Part shown: one piece after another, positions 1-12,701 of the stretch | How the letters are laid out: every line of letters starts with the position of its first letter | Position numbering within the stretch: the first letter of the stretch is position 1 | Assembly (NCBI RefSeq): GCF_032062105.1 | Contig: NW_026927343.1 | Span: 186,001-250,000, forward strand | Reading direction: 5' to 3' | Source of the DNA: Saccostrea cucullata | Lineage: Eukaryota | DNA length: 64,000 nucleotides | Notes under the pieces: generated by a model | The model's database searches: none | Seen by the model: the letters and a program-made list of their open reading frames with translations, nothing else | What the model was told of the DNA's origin: nothing | Made by a program: the position numbers and the translations under genes

Positions 1-1159
1 CTGATCATTTTCTACTCTTCCTTTACCACAAAATATTGTTGGAAATGACAAATACTCAGCCATTTGATCTTGATACAAACTAAGTGGACGTTGTCCCTCT
101 CCTGGAGCAAATGTGAAGATCTGATTCATATCATATGAGTCACTGTCTAGTAGAGTATCACAATTTCCATCCTTACCACTGCTATCAACTTCACAGAATT
201 CATCAGAGTCTGATTCATCTGATTGGTCAAGCATTGCTGAATCTTCATTGGTGTGACCCTCTATAAACTCTCTCATTAATTCGTTTGCGGAATTGGTGAC
301 CTCATGGAACCAGTTGTCATCTACATTTATGTTTGAATTCTGATAAAATTCACTGTTTTTCATTAACCAATGTAAAGCTATCAGAACCTTTGTAGGTCGG
401 ATATTTTCATGACAATAAGAGTGCTGAAAAGATAGTTTTCTTTTTAACTTCACAGGTATTGTAATATTTTCATCAAGTCTCCTGGGAAGACTATTGATTG
501 TTGGTTGAATGTCAACTGGCACATTTACAACATTTCCTTTTACAGAATACTGCCCTCCTCTTGGTAATTCTCTTATCTGCATGAAAGGAATTCTTAAGGA
601 TACAAGTCTTTCTTCCAATGGTAACAGATTCAATTCACTTGGTTTTTGAATCCATATCATTCCATTTGCAATAGAGAGTTTTGGAGTTCGACTTTCTTTT
701 AAACTTGAATTACATGTGTTGCATATCCATTCATGCCCGTTTACAGACTTTGTATTAGTAAAATACTTCCTTTTGATTTCAGCATCCAACAAAACATTAT
801 CTACATTTGAAACACTTTCATGAAACCATGTCTGTTGGCAACATGTGCATACAAACACAGGACCCAATCTTACATTGTTGTGAAAATTGTCAACACACTC
901 AATTGCATCAACTCCAAATTTACTTTTTCTGTATCTTTGTTTTTCAGTTTCAATATAGTCCAAATTCCCCCGTGAGTGTGCTTTTGATTGTTTTGCAGCA
1001 ATGTTTTCTGATGATCTAAACTCTTCATTTTTTCTCTTTTCTTTCATCTTCAATCTCTCTTTGTCTAACTGGGTAGGATTTTGTCTCATTTCTTTTTTCT
1101 TTTTTAAATCCTTTTTTTGCTCATCATGCCTATACTCTTCTTCTTGCCTTTTAATTCTC

Positions 1160-1815
1160 TTACTGTCCCTTTCCTTGTCTTTAAACTCTGTATCTTGTCT
1201 CTTGTTTCTCATACTGTCCCTCTCTTTTCCTTTAAACTTTACATCTTGCCGTTTGTTTCTCATACGGTCTCTTTCGTTGACTTTAAACTCTGTATCCTGT
1301 CTCTTGTTTCTTTTACTGTCCCTTTCCTTGTCTTTAAACACTGGATTTTGTCTTTTGTCTCTTTTACTGTCCCTTTCCTTGACTTTAAACTCTGGATCTT
1401 GTCTCTTGTTTCTCTTACTGTCCCTCTCTTTTCCTTTAAACTCTGCATCTTGTCGTTTGTTTCGCATACGGTCTCTTTCGTTGTCTTTAAACTCTGGATC
1501 CTGTCTCTTGTTTCTCTTACTGTCCCTTTCCTTGTCTTTAAACTCTGGATCCTGTCTCTTATTTCTCTTACTGTCCCTTTCCTTGACTTTAAACTCTTGA
1601 TCTTGTCTCTTGACTGTCCCTCTCTTTTCCTTTAAACTCTGCATCTTGTCTCTTGTTCCTCTTACTGTCCCTTTCCTTGACTTTAAACTCTGCATCCTGT
1701 CGTTTGTTTCTCTTACTGTCTCTTTCCTTGTCTTTAAACTCTGGATCTTGTCTCTTGTTTCTCATACTGATCATTTCCTTGCTTTTAAACTCTGGATTTT
1801 GTCTCTTGTTTCTCA
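1160..1815 (-). repeat. 51-bp coding minisatellite, about 13 units (KRNKRQD[P/A]EFK[V/D/G]KERDS)
   Basis: The unit tctttaaactctggatcttgtctcttgtttctcttactgtccctttccttg recurs with a 51-bp period. One unit near 1612 lacks 8 bp (tttctctt). Confidence 0.95.
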
Positions 1816-2743
1816 TATATTCTCTCATGTAATCCTTTTTATCTTTCTTTAACGCTGTTGTTTTTAAGTGACCAGTATTGGTACCAGTAGACTGTTTGTT
1901 TGTGAGAGCATTTGTTGTTAACTGATCTAATCTACAATATTGATGTGTACTTTGATTATTACTAGGGAAGCTATGAATAAGTGTTCGAAATGCAACAGGC
2001 ATCACTTCAAATTCAGTTGCAAATTCAATGTGCATACTTTCATACATAGCATACAAAAATCCTAACAAATCATCTAAGCAGCAACTGTGTCTCATCAGAG
2101 ACTTTCCATCACATGCAGACAAACCATTTTCCCCATGAGAATGTGAGTCAAAAAAATAAAAATCATTGTCTGAATCTTTGTACAGTGCTGAACATATTGA
2201 GCCAATCATTATTAATACATACCTAGATAACCCCAATGCCTGTCGCAGACATTCATGTAGAGTTTGAATTTGATTGTTCTTATCATCTGTAACTAATAAG
2301 CCAAACAATGTATCAAACTTATCAACCATGTGGTGATTTTCACCAGAATCAATATGAATTGGTAATTCATCAAACATCAGTAATCTACTTTTAAGTTTTC
2401 CAGCACTCTGAAGATTCTTCACAACTGTGTTGTACAAATTATCTCCCTTGAGCAGAGTCTGATCTAAAAAGGAACTAGTAAATGAAAAATTTTCATATGA
2501 ATTTGACAACATCATAAGTGAATTGCATGTACACTGATTACCTCTTGAAAATGACGAAAACCTCATGCTTCCCTGATGGAAAGATCCAAACACCAGATTA
2601 TCTAAATTCTGATGCATACAATTACCTTGCAGTGCATGTGTTGTTTCATTTGGTATATTGTTCATTGTAAACGGAGTAATATTCTGGGTTGTAATCTGAG
2701 AGATATTCTGAGTAAGCAACTGAGATGAATTCTGAGTAATCGT

Positions 2744-2870
2744 TTGAGGCATAGTTTGAGCCAGAGGCAACACTTGAGGCATAGTTTGAGCCAGAGGCAA
2801 CATTTGAGGTACAGTTTGAGCCAGAGGCAACATTTGAGGCATAGTTTGAGCCAGAGGCAAAATTTGAGTC
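2744..2870 (-). repeat. 30-bp coding tandem repeat, about 4 units (PLAQTMPQML)
   Basis: ttgaggcatagtttgagccagaggcaaca recurs with a 30-bp period inside the Helitron ORF. Confidence 0.95.
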
Positions 2871-3325
2871 AAAGTGGTCTCAGGGAGAGCCGCAGAGACC
2901 ACTGTCACAGGGGTGGTAGAGATCACCCCTGCCGGTACAGATGTCATAGGTGTTAGGACGTGGCCTACACCCAGAGGCACAGACAGTTGGACGTGGCCAA
3001 CATCTGTGGGGTACTTGTCACCCACATCTGCCTTACATGCGTTCTTCTTTACCGCAGCTTTCTTCCAGCTCTTCTTCCTAGGCATTCTCTGATCTACAAA
3101 ATATAGAACAATGTTCATTCCCAAATTAATAATGCTGCCATCACTGACACTTTCAGATTAGAGAGCAGTTGTTGGAAACTACAATGCAGATACTTTTAAA
3201 AATATATACTTAATTTAAGTTTGAAGCACAAATCAAATTTTAAAAAGCAGAAAGTTAAAAAAATTTAAAACCTGAAAGTTAAATTCAAAATTACATGCAA
3301 AACATATGACAACATTCATTCAAAG

Positions 3326-3623
3326 AGGTCACTCATGTTGCGCAGTGGTACAAGCGTCTGCTCTAGAGGCACAAACTAGGGAGTTTATCCTTAGTTCGCT
3401 GGTTGAATCCCACTGTGGAATGTGGACACTGGTCCTTTGGACAAGACCGAATAAACAGAGGTCTTATTTCTCTGTAAGTGCAGGAATGAAAAAGATCCCT
3501 CACTACTCTCAATGGCCCTGAGTGCCAAGCATAGGACAAAATTTGTAAATCTCCACCTGCAAGTGGTGGCATCTCATATGAGTGAAAAATTTAGAGGGTT
3601 GTTAAATAACAATCAATCAATCA
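3326..3623 (+). mobile_element. tRNA-derived SINE (Deu/Nin-like core, CAAT tail), diverged
   Basis: A-box-like gcgcagtggt and B-box-like ggttgaatccc, a core ggtcctttggacaagacc...aagatccctc shared with the 20247 copy and the 40770/45632 copy, and a (CAAT)n tail. Confidence 0.75.
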
Positions 3624-3985
3624 TTTTAAGAGAGGCGCAAGTTACATGCAATTTGTAAACCATTTTCACTCAAGACTTACCTTGAACATGTGTCACACAT
3701 TTCCAGAAATTATATGTACCATATAAATGTATACAACATTTACTGGCATAATTTTTGTGCAATAATCCATATTAAATAAATAACCATTGTGGTATTTCAT
3801 TAAGTTTTATAGAATTTTTTTATCTTGTTTATCAAGAACTGTGTGTACATCATCGTCGGAAATCCACAGGTGATCTTGTCTTTACTTATCACCCATGTGC
3901 AAACTCGTTCAAATATCGCTGTAAAATATGCTAATTTTTTGTTTTTATAGTCAACCACTCAGAAAGTTGGAAGTCTTCAATAATG

Positions 3986-4810
3986 AACAAGATGTGTTTG
4001 TGAAACATTACACCTGGCGTCAACAAATTTCGAAAAAGCTATTTTTAGTATAAAGGTCACAGTCAAGGTCACAAGGTCATTGACCTTTGTGTTGTTTGTA
4101 AGAACTTAATTAGTGGGGTATGCATACTAAATATGAAGTCCCTATCTCCTATGGTTCAAAAGTTATGGCAAAAAGTGGAAAAAGCTATTTTTAGCATATA
4201 GGTCACAGTCAAGGTCACATGGTCATTAACCTTGGTGTTGATTGAAAGAACTTCATTAGTGGAGTATGCATACTACATATGAAGTCCCTATCTCCTATGG
4301 TTCAAAAAGTGGAAAAAGCTATTTTTAGCATATACCGTAGGTCACAAGGTCATTGGCCTTGATGTCATTTGAAGGAACTTTCTCAGTGGAGTATGCATAC
4401 TAAAAATGAAGTTTCTATCTCTTATGGTTAAAAAGTTATAAAATCAGTTGAAAAAGCTATTTTTAGTATATAGGTCACAGTCAAAGTCACAAGGTCATTG
4501 ACCTTGATGTCATTTGAAAGAACTTTATTAGAGGAGTATGCATACTAAATAAAAGTCCCTATCTGGTATGGTTCAAAAGTTATGGCAAACAGTGGAAAAA
4601 GCTATTTTTTGCATATAGGTCACAGTCAAGTGTACAAGGTCATTGACCTTGAAATCCATTTGAAAGAACTTTATTTAGGAGTATGCATACCAAATATGAA
4701 GTCTCTATCTCAAATACGGTTCAAAAGTTTTGGCGAATTTAAAGTTGACAACAGACAAACAGATAAACAGACAAACAGTTGGACAAAAACAATATCAAAA
4801 ATTTGCATAA
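3986..4810 (+). mobile_element. Non-autonomous Helentron-derived (HINE/pearl-like) element with ~146-bp internal tandem repeats
   Basis: Starts aacaagatgtgtttgtgaaaca, has about 5 monomers with the ggtcacaaggtcattgacctt motif and an ACAG microsatellite. Closely similar to the copy at 62597-63340. Confidence 0.85.
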
Positions 4811-6359
4811 AAATATGTTTATTACTTTGCTATTTAGGGTAAATATTTTGACTCTTGTTTAAATGTATGAAGTTCGATTTAGGTCCTAAATGAACACTTT
4901 ATTCTGTATTAAATTTTATACTGCTAGGATTGAATATGGGGTCAGTCTAATAACAGGAAATGGACAATACTGCAAGCCAGTGCAAGGTTTTAATACAAAA
5001 GAAAACATTATTAGTCTAGACAATCTGTAAATGTAATTATAGTGAGTGCAGCAAGGGTCGCAAAGCAAGCTCAACAGACTAATGTGTAAGAACAGAGGAA
5101 ATTTGGAATTAAATCTGTGCATATGTCAAGCATATGTTGTGACACCTTCCCAAAATTCCTTTGCTACCCAATACTCTTTGCACAAATAAATTATAACATA
5201 AGGCATAAAAGACTTCCAGTATATAGAAATCTTAAAAAGAAATAATAACTCATCAATGTCTTTCGACTAGGTCTATTAGTTTCAACTAGACGCTTGGCTG
5301 TTTCCGTTAACCCTGACAATCTCTCGTGTGACATAATCTAGATGTCTCACACACTTGAGATTTGAAGTGGCAGATCAACATTTCTGAATCAATGGTATTT
5401 TTAAGGTACAACTGCGCTCGCCCAAATGGTCACACCGTCAAACACATTTGTGAAAAATACAAGTCTTATTTCTGGATAACTACTTTTAAACCTTGTAATC
5501 CCAAAAAATTAATACATGTAGTCATACTAATGAAAGATGGGACTAATATCAGTAATATACCCATTGAATGCAATTTTTCAAAAATATTAATTCCCATTCT
5601 GATTCAATACATCATGATATATATACATACATATATACATATATAATGTTGTTTAAAGTTAACAAAATACTATTTCCAACTTTCAATTATTAAAAGAAAA
5701 ATTAACAAACATTTAAGATTAAGTTTAACTTTTCTGTGTTTATTTGAATTTAAAAATTTCGATTATAGTTCATTATTAAACAATTATGCACAGCAGATTA
5801 TTACCGATATTTGATTCTATTTTTTTTTTCTCATTTCCCATCTCTAGAACTTGAATCAGACTGCTAATTATATATACCAATATACCACATCATCATTATT
5901 CTACTTTTATATAGCACCTTATCTAATAATGTAATTGCCCTAAAGCACTTTACATGTAAAAAAACAAAAACAAGTACAATGTACAATATAAAACAAAGAA
6001 CAAGTGCTTTGTAAAAGGCAGAATAGTAAAATCATATATGGTATGAAAATAAAACCTTCCTTTTAATTTTTTTTTTTTATGAAAAATGCCCATCAAACAA
6101 TAATGCACTGCATGTAAATCTATAGTCTTTTTATTCTACTGTTGTCTTTTTTTAAAATCATTTTAAACACACTACTAAGCTTTATTTTAGCCAATTGTTA
6201 CTCGGGAACCTGTGTAGGTGATATTCCTTCCTCATCTCCGGGATTGACACAAAATCACGATTTATGTATGAGTTTTCTTTCTGCAAACTTAAACACTTTT
6301 TATCCTGCAACCACCCCTTGCATTGACCTAATAAAGGTAACCTAATATTTAAAACCAAA

Positions 6360-6692
6360 GCTTTATCCAGTCACTGCCCTAATAAAGCCTCGTTCATGTA
6401 TTCCGACATTCAAAAGCATTGTGACGTCACGTATACTGCAGTGTTTACGCCATGGCATCATAGTTTCAACTGCAGAGATGTGCCTAAATCTGTCGGAATT
6501 AGCTTGTTTTGGACGCTCAAATGTAAAATTTTGTTGCAGGATTAACAAAATACATGGTTTCTGTCTTGAAATATAAGCAACATTTGGGCTCGGGTCGAAA
6601 ACGTAAGAGGGCTCGGCAAGCACGCCCTCTATCATGTTTTCTTACCCTCGCCCAAATATCGCTTATATTTCAAGACAGAAACCATGTATTTT
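6360..6692. mobile_element. Non-autonomous element ending in a ~145-bp hairpin (possibly Crypton-like; superfamily uncertain)
   Basis: 6547-6692 is an imperfect palindrome (aaaatacatggtttctgtcttgaaatataagc ... gcttatatttcaagacagaaaccatgtatttt). A TGACGTCA motif lies in the body, as in the 49645 element. Confidence 0.55.
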
Positions 6693-7609
6693 ATATGTAC
6701 TGCTACTTTTACTAACAATAAGTTATCCTTTGTAAACACGTCCTGATGACAGGTGTACCTATATGCAAGTCTTGTCCCTGTTGATGACTTTCACATTTAC
6801 AAAAATTAATCCCCTTTGTTGGGACCATCCGGGGTCAACCGGGGTAGACACTGTTTTCCCTTTATAACCTTACCAACTTTATAGGACAGTATCTTAGTAA
6901 TAAAATCTGTATGAATATGTTCATAATTTACATGTAAACATACTCTTGCAATACAGGTACAGATCAAAATTGTCAAATAACATTTGAAGATTAAAAATAT
7001 TAACAAGTGGCCTAACTTACAAATGACAAAGACAGAGGGAAAAGTAGTGTTACGCCGACAACGGGAGTTAACTCTTATGAATGTAAAATTCGTCTATTTG
7101 TATTATGCAATGACAAACTATTACGCTTCAATCTACTAAGTAAATTTTAAAAAAGATCATCTTCTCAATCTTCTTTTATACTAGTAAAATGTAGCAGTAT
7201 CTAAATGGACTTGTTTTTCTCCGTGTGACTTTTCTCCGAGAAACTTCAACTGCGCAGTATGTGCCTAAACACTGCATATAACAAATTAATGCTACATGAA
7301 CAAATATACGCAAGGTTGTATTTATTCAGCAAAATCATTTACTCTTCAAACCTTACATAATGAAAATAACAATCAGCAATGAATACTTTTGTTTCAGACT
7401 GTATAACACCAAACTTCAAGTACTTCTTCGCCGTCCACATGAAAAATGGCTGAAGCCTCGTTTTCATTTATTTGGTACACCGCGCCCGATCGAAAAAAAA
7501 ATAAACAAAGGTAAACCTAATATGTTGATATAATTTCGTACGGCCATAAGTTAGACAAAATTGAATGCGCACTACAGAGGATTGCTTGCATATTAATGTT
7601 ACTAAACAC

Positions 7610-7927
7610 AGCTCTGTTGCTTATGGGATCTGGAGAAGAAGATTTTGAAATTTTTAAGGTTTTATGATGGATTCTTAAGTAAAATTTACTCATCCATTAC
7701 GGCCCCACCCTTGCCCCAGGGGTCATGATTTGAACAAATTTGAGTCTACACCACCTGAGGATACTTCACTATGAGTTTCATCTTTCCTGGCCAAGTGGTT
7801 CTTGAGAAGAAGATTTTTAAAATACACCATTAATTTTTCACTAATTCTTAATTATCTCCCCTTGAAAGAGGGTATGGCCCTTCATTTGAACAAACCTGAA
7901 TCCCCATCACCTAAGGATACTTTATGG

Positions 7928-7958
<31 letters not shown>

Positions 7959-7959
7959 T

Positions 7960-7990
<31 letters not shown>

Positions 7991-8050
7991 ACGACGACGA
8001 CGACGACAACGACGACGACAACAACGACAGACAACGGACAAATTGTGATC
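7610..8050 (+). mobile_element. Truncated HINE segment with Cg170-like satellite monomers and GAC microsatellite
   Basis: Same monomer and terminal box as 8465-9371, but it stops at aattgtgatc before the hairpin. On the left it fades into unique sequence. Confidence 0.8.
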
Positions 8051-8464
8051 GTATGTTTCTAGGTGCAGCTTACTAATGTTTAAATGAAATGTCTATTTTT
8101 GAAACCAATATGATTTTTTTGTTGAAACTACATGACAAGATACTCTGCTTTCATAGTTAGTACTTATTTTTGTAAAAAACAATAACCTGGTTCCCTGAAC
8201 CAGTTTAAGAATGCATTTAGCGCTAACTATTAAAGTAGTAGTACACAAACTATTAAAATAGTAGTACAGTTTCACTTTCATTTGCAAGTTTATTGAGTTT
8301 GGGGTTTTTTTTCGATTAAGTTTCATGGACTTTTATTTTTTAATTAAATATTTTGCTATGGAAATTGGGAAATTTACACCTTTCTTTTGGGAAAAAAGGT
8401 ACCTTTTTTGCATTGGGAACGGGGCCGAATATCGGCCTCAGATATAGAGAATAGAGAGCCCTGA
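8051..8464 (-). mobile_element. One-ended hAT-like DNA transposon fragment
   Basis: Ends ...agagagccctg (CAGGGCTCTC terminus on the minus strand) and separates two HINE segments. The other end was not found. Confidence 0.4.
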
Positions 8465-9150
8465 AACGGGTTGGCCATTTTGGCCCCACCCTTGCCCCGG
8501 AGGTCATGATTTGAACAAATTTGAATCTACACTACCTGAGGATGATTCCACATGAGTTTCATCTTTCCTGGTCCAGTGGTTCTGGAGAAGAAGATTTTTA
8601 AAGATTTTCCCTATATATATTCCTATGTAAAACTTGGGTCGGCCATTTGGCCCCACCTTTGCCCCGGGGGGTCATGATTTGAACAAACTTAAATCTGCTT
8701 TACCTGAGGATGATTCCACATGAGTTTCATCTTTCCTGGCCCAGTGGTTCTGGAGAAAAAGATTTTTAAAGATTTTTCCTATATATTCCTATGTAAAACT
8801 TGGGTCGGCCATTTTGGCCCCACCCTAGCCCCGGGGGTCATGATTTGAACAAACTTGAATCCACACTACCTGAGGATGATTCCACATGAGTTTCATCTTT
8901 CCTGGCCAAGTGGTACTGGAGAAGAAGATTTTTAAAGATTTTTTCCTATATATTCCTATGTAAAACTAGGGTCGGCCATTTTGGCCCCACCCTTGCCCCG
9001 TGGGTCATGATTTGAACAAACTTGAATCTACACTACCTGAGGATGCTTCCACATGAGTTTCATCTTTCCTGGCCCAGCTGTTCTGGAGAAGAAGATTTTT
9101 TAAAAATGCCATAAATTTTTCACAAATTCATAATTATCTCCCCTTGGAAG

Positions 9151-9181
<31 letters not shown>

Positions 9182-9197
9182 TTTCCCTTCACCCAAA

Positions 9198-9272
<75 letters not shown>

Positions 9273-9314
9273 CCGACACCGACGACGCCGACAACACCGA
9301 CGACGACGACGACA

Positions 9315-9371
<57 letters not shown>
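8465..9371 (+). mobile_element. HINE end with about 4 Cg170-like (~166-168 bp) monomers, GAC microsatellite and terminal hairpin
   Basis: Monomer ggccccacccttgccccggggtcatgatttgaacaaacttgaatctacactacctgagg...; hairpin agctcacttgagccttcggctcaggtgagct. Confidence 0.9.
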
Positions 9372-9374
<3 letters not shown>

Positions 9375-9379
<5 letters not shown>

Positions 9380-9438
9380 ATAATAATCTTTACCAACAGA
9401 ATCAGTAGAAGGACTTCCGTTGGAAACGGAAGACCTTA
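9375..9438 (+). mobile_element. Isolated hairpin terminus of a second HINE family
   Basis: aaggacttccgttggaaacggaagacctt matches the terminal hairpin at 15845-15873. Confidence 0.7.
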
Positions 9439-9995
9439 AAAAGCTTTAGGTCCATAAAAGCAATAAAGAGTTTTGTGCCTGTGTATGTACCAGATGACAT
9501 ATAGATTCTATGAACAAACATGTTGTGCAGTGTTAATTTCCATAAACAAGGTATATTAATGCTTTGTATGTACAATAAGGCTATAATAAACAAAGATATA
9601 CTTGCTTAATCATTTTGAATCAGCCAAAAAGATTTTATTTCAATGGACAAGTAAAAATCAGAATTTCATATTGGTGTATAAAATTAAAACCAGGTCCATA
9701 AAAGTATGGGCCTTCCTTAATCAACCACTATCTAAGGATAATTCTAAATAAAAGGACTGATTTTGTGTATTGTTTCTATTATTTGTTTTTAAAATTTCTA
9801 ATAACCTGGCTAGATGTACAATGTATATATATTCCTTGAAAATCATGTTTTTTTTTTTTGTTTTGTTCTTTCTTTTTTCTACATGCATATGGATTCCTTT
9901 GTAAAAATCTTTGAATCCACCTAATACTATTTGTATAACATGTAAATAGGTATATGGGCATTTGTAGATTTATTCTGATAAAGATAAAAATAAAC

Positions 9996-10030
<35 letters not shown>

Positions 10031-10372
10031 CACTAAAGGTAGGAAAAAGTAGAAAATGGCTTTTTATTGTAAAGTTTAAATCCAAAAGTAGTCCCATGAC
10101 CAGTCATGGATTTGCTATTTTTTCGAAAATAATTTTTAAAAAACTTTCCTATATATATCTGATATATCCTTAAAAAATTTGGTCGGCCATTTTGACCCCG
10201 CCCTACCCCTGGGGGTCATGATTTGAACAAATTTGAATCTAAACTACTTGAGCATGCTTCCATATAAATATGGTGAATTATGGCTTTGTCATTCTTGAGA
10301 AGAAAATGTTCAAAGAATTTTCTTATATATTTCTATGTAAAACTTTGGTCGGCCATTTTTGCCCCGCCCTAT

Positions 10373-10408
<36 letters not shown>

Positions 10409-11144
10409 TGATTTGAACAAACTTGAACCTACACTACCTGAGCATGCTTCCATATTTGTATATGATGCATTATGGCTTTGTCATTCTTGAGAAGAAGATT
10501 TTTAAAGAATTTTCCTATATATTTCTTTGTAAAACATTGGTCGGCCATTTTGGCCCCGCCATACCCCCGGGGGTCATGATTTGAACAAAGTTGAATCTAC
10601 ACTACCTGAGCATGCTTCCATATAAATATGATGAATAATGGCTTTGTCATTCTTGAGAAGAAGATTTTTAAAGAATTTTCCTATATATTTCTATGTAAAA
10701 ACCTTGGTCGGCCATTTTGGCCCCGCCCTACCCCCGGGGGTCATGATTTGAACAAACTTGAATCTACACTACCTGAGCATGCTTCCATATAAATATGATG
10801 AATTATGGCTTTGTCATTCTTGAGAAGAAGATTTTTAAAGAATTTTCTTATATATTTCTATATAAAACTTTGGTCAGCCATTTTGGCCCCGCCCTACCCC
10901 CAAGGGGTCATAATTTGAACAAACTTGAATCTACACTACCTGAGAATGATTCTCCATAAGTTTCATCTTTCCTGGCACAGTGGTTCTTGAGAAGAAGATT
11001 TTTAAAATATGCCTCCAAATTTTCATTAATTCCCAATTATCTCCCCTTGAATAAGGGTGTGGCCCTTCATTTGAACAAACTTGGATCCCCTTCCCCCAAG
11101 GATACTTTGTGCCAAGTTGGTTGAAATTGGTCCAGTGGTTCTTT

Positions 11145-11179
<35 letters not shown>

Positions 11180-11201
11180 AACAACGACAACAACAACGAC
11201 A

Positions 11202-11258
<57 letters not shown>
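9996..11258 (+). mobile_element. Complete HINE with about 5 Cg170-like monomers
   Basis: Begins aacaagaggcccatgggccacatcgctcacctgagc (subTIR), then tandem ~166-bp monomers, a GAC/AAC microsatellite and the terminal hairpin. Sits in A/T runs with no TSD. Confidence 0.92.
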
Positions 11259-11600
11259 GAAAATATGATAAATCTATTTATAAAGAAAAAATTCTGAATT
11301 ATCAATTATATTCAGGTAACATCATATGTACATAAGATGTAAATTATTGATTTATAGGAGATTTTTGCCATTGATTGGTTTTATTCATTGTATAAAAGGA
11401 AAAAGGAAAGATAACTCTTCAACAGAATTTAAAGAGTAATAATGTTTTGAGAGTAATCTCCCTTTCATAAGTGTTTTCCATTTTTCATATTTCATACATA
11501 ATCATAATTTTAAAAATCATAAGCTGGATAGGCTGTTGCACAGCCAAATTGAAATTCTGTCTATCTACCCTATATGTATTCATTAGAAATACTTTCTAAC

Positions 11601-11840
11601 CTTCCAGAATTCCGTCTCTAACAATAAAGAGATGTTGATGGACTTCCAGTCCCCTGGTGGACTCTGTAACTTCACTGATATTTTGACTTTGACCTCTTAA
11701 TCGCTTCAGTAGCGTTGTTTTTCCAGCCTCAGCACATCCAACAAGTATTCCTCTGGCATGGGAAACAGTTGTCTTCTCCTTCCTCAGAAACTTCTTCAAC
11801 TCATCCATATAAACCGTATCCAAATCATCATTGCTTGCAC
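11601..11840 (-). CDS. Internal exon encoding the start of a Roc (Roco-family) GTPase domain
   Basis: RGILVGCAEAGKTTLLKRL (G1 P-loop) and TESTRGLEVH (Roc-type G2). Acceptor ttgttttcag at 11841, donor GAAG|gttag at 11600; 240 bp, phase 1-1. Confidence 0.8.
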
Positions 11841-12701
11841 CTGAAAACAATAAAGTCATATATACTTATCATAATTAGATTACCCCTGCCCCCGTTTTTT
11901 CAAAAACCAACCAGACTAAATAATCAAAAATAACTAAATCATGTTTTAAATATTAAGGTTATTTAATAGAAGATCATCCTTTTCCTTAACTTTTATGTAG
12001 AGAAAAGTATAAGATAATCATTTGTTTCTAAGAAAAGGTTTTGAATATGAAATCTTTACCATCAGTCTGTTATACTGGGGACTTACTGGAATCAACAAGT
12101 CTACTAACCCCCCCCCCCCCCCTCCTTTTTTTTTATTTCCACACTTCAATTAACAGTATACTGGTACATTTATATAATCATTGCGGATTTTATTAAGCAA
12201 TCACTCAATGATTCTTTCAGACTTTCACCTCACTCAACTCACTAAAACATTCTCTGAATAAACAAAAAACTTTTTTAAATCACATTGGGAGGATTTTTAT
12301 ACGTTGGTTCAGAGCTAACAGGAACAGCATTATTACATCTCAAGTAATTCCTATTGGTATTCCTATTGTTACACTTGATCAAGTTAAGCTCTCTTTTTAT
12401 GTAATTCCTGACTCAATCTGATATTGGCAAATTTTATTGCAATTGGTTAATTATTCATAAATAATTATACATCAACATAATCAGGATAATGTACCTGATA
12501 ATCTGTTTATTTATATTTTTTATACAATCAACATTTTGTTTAAAATATCTCAATCAAAAGTAAACATGGTAAAAAAAATACAAACAACAAAGACTTAATT
12601 GATCATGTTGATGTCCAGACCCTCATTAATATTCAGTATTCACCTTGTTTTATTTATTACTTTGTTTTAACAATTAATTAATATACAGTAAATTAACTTA
12701 C

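Larger units (their letters stand above)
1..3085 (-). mobile_element. Helitron2/Helentron RepHel ORF, 5' part: herpes-tegument-like (Peptidase C76/VTD-type) deubiquitinase domain, 17-aa charged repeat, Zn finger and Rep N-terminal region; frameshifted; continues off the left edge
   Basis: ORF 1589-3124 has GSFHQG...SRGNQCTCNS and YFFDSHSH motifs. The likely ATG is at 3085 (MPRKKSWKK), just downstream of a ttttgtag acceptor at 3094-3095. Manual translation of a second frame from ~1610 to base 1 gives GPVFVCTCCQQTWF, WICNTC, LEERLVSLRIPFMQIRELPRGGQYSVKGNVVNVPVD, IRPTKVLIALHWL and FAPGEGQRPLSLYQDQMAEYLSFPTIFCG, typical of Helitron Rep N-termini. That frame is missing from the ORF track, probably because it has no stop inside the window. 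Confidence 0.85.

Noticed and set aside
1001-1852. Plus-strand hydrophobic L/S/F-rich ORFs (199, 172 and 80 aa) that look like membrane proteins
   Set aside because: They are antisense shadows of the 51-bp coding repeat; a period divisible by 3 keeps several frames open.
2050-2600. Endogenous herpesvirus fragment
   Set aside because: The DUB-like domain is part of a Helitron Rep ORF, and no other viral genes were seen.
10375-10407. Long poly-G tract as a special functional element
   Set aside because: It is an expansion of the short G run present in every satellite monomer, and homopolymer length is unreliable.
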